Virus record (IMG/VR): IMGVR_UViG_3300022173_000070
Location: 1-46,604 of that record
Origin: a virus
Taxonomy: Duplodnaviria; Caudoviricetes
DNA: 46,604 nt
Direction: 5' to 3' (one strand)
Shown in pieces: positions 42,528 to 46,604 of the stretch; position 1 is the first letter of the stretch; each line of letters begins with the position of its first letter. Position numbers and translations under genes: made by a program. A model generated the notes under the pieces. That model ran no database searches. It worked only from the letters and a program-made list of their open reading frames with translations, and had not been told where the DNA came from.

Positions 42528-44619
42528 GCGACCGGAAATGGATTGCCAAGTTAGCGAGTCGGGCATAGCCATCGGATCGGCCTTTTAAGGTCAGAGAAAA
42601 GTGCGTGGAGTCGCCCACGGAAGCGCACCGGCCTTGTTCGCCGTAGGTGCTGCCATCGATCTTGGCTATCAGTTCGCGGGTTTCCGGGTTCTTCGGATCG
42701 AGTGCCAGATACACGTCCCAACGCCCTTCGGCCCCCACGTCCAAGCCTTCAACGGCTTTCTTCGCGGTCGGGATTTCAGCGTCTAGGAACGGCAGTTCCA
42801 CTTCGAATTCAAACTTCTGTTCCGTGTCGTAGTGCGTCGACGACAGCCCGCCATACAGGCAAAGGCGATCCCCAACCCGTGCCACCAGTTGGGTATTCGT
42901 TACCGCCCAGTCAGTTACTACCCGGTCCGCGCCGAGTTCTTCCAACTCGTAAGTGGTCCACGCGCTCACCTTCGCCCCCGGAAAGTGGCTGAACACGTAA
43001 ACGACGGGGCCAACGGCAAGCAGATAGCGGCCTTCGAACGGCTCAGCCATCGACACCGCACGCGCTACAAGGGCTTCGTCCAGGGTGTGGGCATACGTCA
43101 GCAATTCGCCGTCGATAGCAGAGCCCACGTCATCGGTGCTGGCCATGTTCGAACTGTCTCGGGCGCGCAGTGAGCGCACGCCAGACTCCGACAGAAAGAA
43201 CACGTCAATATCGCCAAACGCGCCCAAGGTGCGCGGCGCTCGCGTGCCAATGTTCGACAGAACTTGGTCCTGCTTGTTGTTCGCGTTATCCGCGTCCACG
43301 GTCCAGATTTGCACGTTGCGCCGGGAAAACACGGCCATACGGTTCTGGTAAACCGCCAAGCCCATCAGTTGGCTTGAACCGCCATCCTGCGTGGACATAT
43401 TGATAAACCCGGCACCGGTATGCGACGACGCCCAAGCGGTAGGGTCAGGCACGGCCGGCGTGCCCGTGAACCCGGAAAAGTGCATTAGCGATTGGTTGGC
43501 GGCGTAGACCTTTTGGCCCAAGGTGCGGACGAAGGTTGCCGTGCCTGCCGCGTTACCGCGCATCACGACCGCCAGAACGCCGTTTAGGTTGATAGAGAAA
43601 ACGTCTTGCCCTTCGAACGTGCCGCCCACGGTAAACGTCACTACCTGGGCAACGGCGTTCGTTCGATTTGCGCCACCGCTCGACACAAGCGGCGCCGAGG
43701 TTGTCACGTTCCCGCCCACCGCGACCACGGTGGCCTTCCCGTTGTACAGCGGCCCCGTATCGGGCGCAGTCAGCGTCACCGTCGAGCCCGACGCGGAAGC
43801 CAGCCATCTAACCGAAGGGTTGTAGCCATTAATTCGGGCCGCGATCAGTTGCGCCGTCGCGTTGTTACTCGTCACCCAATCCACAGGAGCGCCGAGCAGG
43901 TCCACGCCGCCAATCGTCACTTGCGTGACGCGGTTAACGCCAGCGCTTGCGGTGCCGCCAGTGACGCTAAACGAACCTGTTGCGGTCGTCGCTTGCACTT
44001 CGGGAACGCTCGCCTGCGCGAGCGCTGCGGTCAGCGTCTGGTCATTGATGGCACCGCCGTTGGCTGCGGACGAAGAATAAGTAAATGCCACGCCGGGCAC
44101 GGCCGCGGTAACGGAAATTACGTTGCCAGTGGCCGAGGCGATAAAGTCGTTAAGCGCGTCAATTCGAGCCGCCATCGCGGTGGCCAGCGTCTGGTTACTC
44201 GCCACGCTGCTGGCGATGTCGTCCCACTCAATCACGCGGACGCCGTTGTAATAGTGGTAAATCGAGCCGTCCGAAAACTCAGCCACGGCGTAGATTTTGC
44301 CGTTGAAGTTGTCGGTACTCAGGATGCGAACCAACGACGGACCGCCCGGCGCTACCAACTGCTGGTAGTTGACGCCAGCCGGAACCTGTACGCCAAACAG
44401 CGTACCGAACACGTACAGTTGCCCACGTACCGACGTACAGCCTTTGGTGTCACCGGGGGGCAAGTTGTAGACCGGCACAAACTCTTTGCGCACTTCGATT
44501 TCGGCGCCACGCGTCAGATGGACGTTTCGCGCCAGACGCAACGAGCCGGGCGGGGCGGTGTACGCGGATTTGCGCGTATCCAGTCCCGCTTGGAAGTTGC
44601 CGATAAGGAGGTATGCCAT
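42514..44619 (-). CDS. Tail nozzle / tail tubular protein B-like (701 aa)
   Basis: NFQAGLD...PPGSLRLARNV start, beta-rich, FFLSESGVRSL, AWT; position after the adaptor. Confidence 0.75.
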   Translation of the reverse strand: MAYLLIGNFQAGLDTRKSAYTAPPGSLRLARNVHLTRGAEIEVRKEFVPVYNLPPGDTKGCTSVRGQLYVFGTLFGVQVPAGVNYQQLVAPGGPSLVRILSTDNFNGKIYAVAEFSDGSIYHYYNGVRVIEWDDIASSVASNQTLATAMAARIDALNDFIASATGNVISVTAAVPGVAFTYSSSAANGGAINDQTLTAALAQASVPEVQATTATGSFSVTGGTASAGVNRVTQVTIGGVDLLGAPVDWVTSNNATAQLIAARINGYNPSVRWLASASGSTVTLTAPDTGPLYNGKATVVAVGGNVTTSAPLVSSGGANRTNAVAQVVTFTVGGTFEGQDVFSINLNGVLAVVMRGNAAGTATFVRTLGQKVYAANQSLMHFSGFTGTPAVPDPTAWASSHTGAGFINMSTQDGGSSQLMGLAVYQNRMAVFSRRNVQIWTVDADNANNKQDQVLSNIGTRAPRTLGAFGDIDVFFLSESGVRSLRARDSSNMASTDDVGSAIDGELLTYAHTLDEALVARAVSMAEPFEGRYLLAVGPVVYVFSHFPGAKVSAWTTYELEELGADRVVTDWAVTNTQLVARVGDRLCLYGGLSSTHYDTEQKFEFEVELPFLDAEIPTAKKAVEGLDVGAEGRWDVYLALDPKNPETRELIAKIDGSTYGEQGRCASVGDSTHFSLTLKGRSDGYARLANLAIHFRSHENN

Positions 44620-44622
44620 GGC

Positions 44623-45309
44623 TTACGTCCCCGGCGCTTTAACAGTGATCGGGCGCCACGTCGGTAGCGCTCCCGCAATCGGAAACACGCTTTTGCGCTG
44701 GCTGTTGCCCTTGATCTTGAGGTAATGCGAATCGGCCAATTGCAGCACGATGTCTGCTGCGGGGTCTTTGGCACGCTTGAGCCATTGGCCTGCCGCAAAC
44801 AGCACGATCAAGCGGTCGTCGAGGTCCGCACGATCAGCGTCCTGACGCAACGGGCGCAAAGCCCGAATGCCCGTGAACTGGAGTTCACAGCCCTGCTTAT
44901 CCGTCATTGGCCAGATTTCATACTGGCCGTCGTCGTAATACTGCCAAGCGCGCACCGGGTCCGACCGCTCGCCTTGGGCGCTGTCGTACTCGTTGCGCAT
45001 GCCTGGAGTAATGCCATAGGCCACGCCGCACCAATCGTTTTGCGGCGTTTCACGCGATACGACGTATTCGATCCGGTCAGGGTTCAGGTCAGTCGGGAAG
45101 CTGTACTGCGACTCGCCCGCCTGCAATTCTTCGGTGCGGTCGACGCGCAGATGCGGCCACGCCCAGCCTTCATACAAGATGTCTTGCGTGCGGCGTAGCG
45201 TGGTCTTGATCGCTTCCAGTGCGTTCTGCGACAGCGATGCAGTCGATGCAAAACCCGCTTCGTCACGGAACATCGCAACCAGTTCGCCCAGCGTGGTGCC
45301 CCGTGCCAT
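44623..45309 (-). CDS. Head-tail adaptor / tail tubular protein A-like
   Basis: TLGELV start, WAWPHL, LQAGESQYSFPTD, EIWP. Confidence 0.75.
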   Translation of the reverse strand: MARGTTLGELVAMFRDEAGFASTASLSQNALEAIKTTLRRTQDILYEGWAWPHLRVDRTEELQAGESQYSFPTDLNPDRIEYVVSRETPQNDWCGVAYGITPGMRNEYDSAQGERSDPVRAWQYYDDGQYEIWPMTDKQGCELQFTGIRALRPLRQDADRADLDDRLIVLFAAGQWLKRAKDPAADIVLQLADSHYLKIKGNSQRKSVFPIAGALPTWRPITVKAPGT

Positions 45310-45315
45310 ATCGGA

Positions 45316-45729
45316 TTACTCCCCGTCGCCGCCGCCTAACAGAGCGTCAGACGCGTTTTGCTTGCCCGCCTTGCCAGCCTTCGGCGCTTCCACTTCGGCT
45401 TTCGGTGCTGGGGCTTTTGGTTGTTCTTCCAACGCGTCAAAACCGATGTCTGACAGGCTGGTGGGTAGTACCGGGCTACGCCCTGGGTAAACGTCGTCTA
45501 CCAGTCGTTTGCCTTCTTTGCTGACGTTGCTCTGGCCATACAGGTGGCGCAGACGGTCCAGTTCGTCCGCGGCCTTGGTATTGGCCTTGTACGTCGGAAC
45601 GATGGTGGTAATGGCGTCCTCGCCATGGATAGCGCGTAACAGGCTGATTTCAGCCACGGTTACGTCATCTTTCCAGACGCTGTGGTACGCATCACCACTA
45701 AGAAAAACCATGCAGGAGCAATGTTGCAT
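45316..45729 (-). CDS. Hypothetical late protein (137 aa)
   Basis: GGAGG RBS before MQHCSC; VTVAEISLLRAIHGEDAI. Confidence 0.75.
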   Translation of the reverse strand: MQHCSCMVFLSGDAYHSVWKDDVTVAEISLLRAIHGEDAITTIVPTYKANTKAADELDRLRHLYGQSNVSKEGKRLVDDVYPGRSPVLPTSLSDIGFDALEEQPKAPAPKAEVEAPKAGKAGKQNASDALLGGGDGE

Positions 45730-45785
45730 GTCGCCTCCGATCACTAGGTAGGGATGTCCAAGAGCCCAAACGCGCACGTATCACC

Positions 45786-45817
45786 CTGCACGTTTGGACA
45801 ATTGGACATTTGTACAT
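45786..45817. repeat. Octamer array 9 (4 units)
   Basis: CTGCACGT TTGGACAA TTGGACAT TTGTACAT directly after the capsid stop. Confidence 0.85.
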
Positions 45818-46603
45818 CACACGATGGCAACGACCATCGACGTGTTCAGTTGGGTGGCCACCAGCGCGCCGGCCCAAGTGAAGGAGCGATAGATAACCAT
45901 CTTGTCGAAAGGACGGGCAGGGAAATGCTTTTTCATGTCCTCGCCTTCAATCGGCATCAACTTGAACTTGGTGGTATCGATGAAGTAGCAGTATTTGCTC
46001 TTGCCGAGCGCGTCCAGCGTTGGGTCGTACTCGAAAGTACCCAACCCGTTCAGGGTCAGTTTACCCACGCCCACGTCGCCGCCCTTTTCGAAGCCGGTCT
46101 GCGAGTACACGCCATGGGCGGCGTATTCGCTTTCGATGGCGTCGAGGAAGTCCGAACCGCACAGGATTTTGTACTTCGGAGTGCCGTAGCGGGTCAGTTG
46201 ACGAACCTGTTTGCGCAGCGTGTTGATCAGCGCCTGCGTGGTTGGGTTCGGGGTCACGGCGTTGGCGCCGGCCAGCGAAACGTTCCGCCACAGCGGAGTG
46301 GTCGCACGGTCGATACCAGCAACGGTGCCGGTCGCTACCACGTCAGAAATGAAGTACGGGATACCAGGGAATTCCTTCGCCGATTGCGTACCGTCTTTCC
46401 ACAGGATGTTGTTCAAGCCCACGGCGAAACCTTCGGCCGCATCATCCAGCTTCGATTGCAGGATGTTGGCCAGCATGGTGACTTCGCGCTGGCTGTGTTC
46501 AGTGGTCTGCGCGCCGTTGGTGTCCACCACAGAAATGCCGTCGCGCAGCAATTCGTCGGTGGTCATGGTGATGCCCAGGTGGAGCATTTTCCACGAAAAC
46601 GTC
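45817..46603 (-). CDS. Major capsid protein, 3' part
   Basis: In frame with the part starting at 381 across the overlap; GIDRATTPLWRN, YDPTLD, YFID motifs. Confidence 0.85.
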   Translation of the reverse strand, partial: TFSWKMLHLGITMTTDELLRDGISVVDTNGAQTTEHSQREVTMLANILQSKLDDAAEGFAVGLNNILWKDGTQSAKEFPGIPYFISDVVATGTVAGIDRATTPLWRNVSLAGANAVTPNPTTQALINTLRKQVRQLTRYGTPKYKILCGSDFLDAIESEYAAHGVYSQTGFEKGGDVGVGKLTLNGLGTFEYDPTLDALGKSKYCYFIDTTKFKLMPIEGEDMKKHFPARPFDKMVIYRSFTWAGALVATQLNTSMVVAIV

Positions 46604-46604
46604 T

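Noticed and set aside
46479-46603. Physical direct terminal repeat
   Set aside because: It lies mid-capsid gene and is close to a typical assembler k-mer length, so it is an assembly overlap

Overview
The window is one apparently complete, circularly permuted podovirus-like phage genome of about 46.5 kb. Bases 3-127 repeat at 46479-46603, and the major capsid gene is split across that join. The host is most likely Pseudomonas, judged from MvaT-like and AmrZ/Arc-like genes and the style of the tail-fibre chaperones. The minus-strand late genes are terS, two paralogous tail adaptors, an Mtd_N tail fibre with chaperones, holins, a GH19 endolysin, terL, portal, scaffold, capsid, tail tube/nozzle, two GNAT-like proteins and ejection proteins (one of 2024 aa). 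The plus-strand replication module has a Cro-like HTH, SNF2 helicase, DUF2800-type nuclease, DUF2815-type SSB, family A DNA polymerase, ParA and a small ribbon-helix-helix protein. A leftward operon carries a tyrosine recombinase, three look-alikes of host regulators (stand-alone CapW-type wHTH, MvaT, Arc/AmrZ), an orphan HicB fusion, a primase-helicase and RusA. A small early cassette region contains ardA. The most notable unannotated structures are: (1) a roughly 700-nt densely base-paired non-coding region between portal and scaffold, a candidate large ncRNA; (2) nine intergenic tandem arrays of an 8-bp unit that look like a dispersed centromere/operator system for the ParA-RHH pair, suggesting a phage-plasmid; (3) nine copies of a 17-bp palindromic operator; (4) repeat-flanked early gene cassettes; (5) an iteron-like origin. 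All protein calls come from motif recognition by eye; no searches or folding programs were run.
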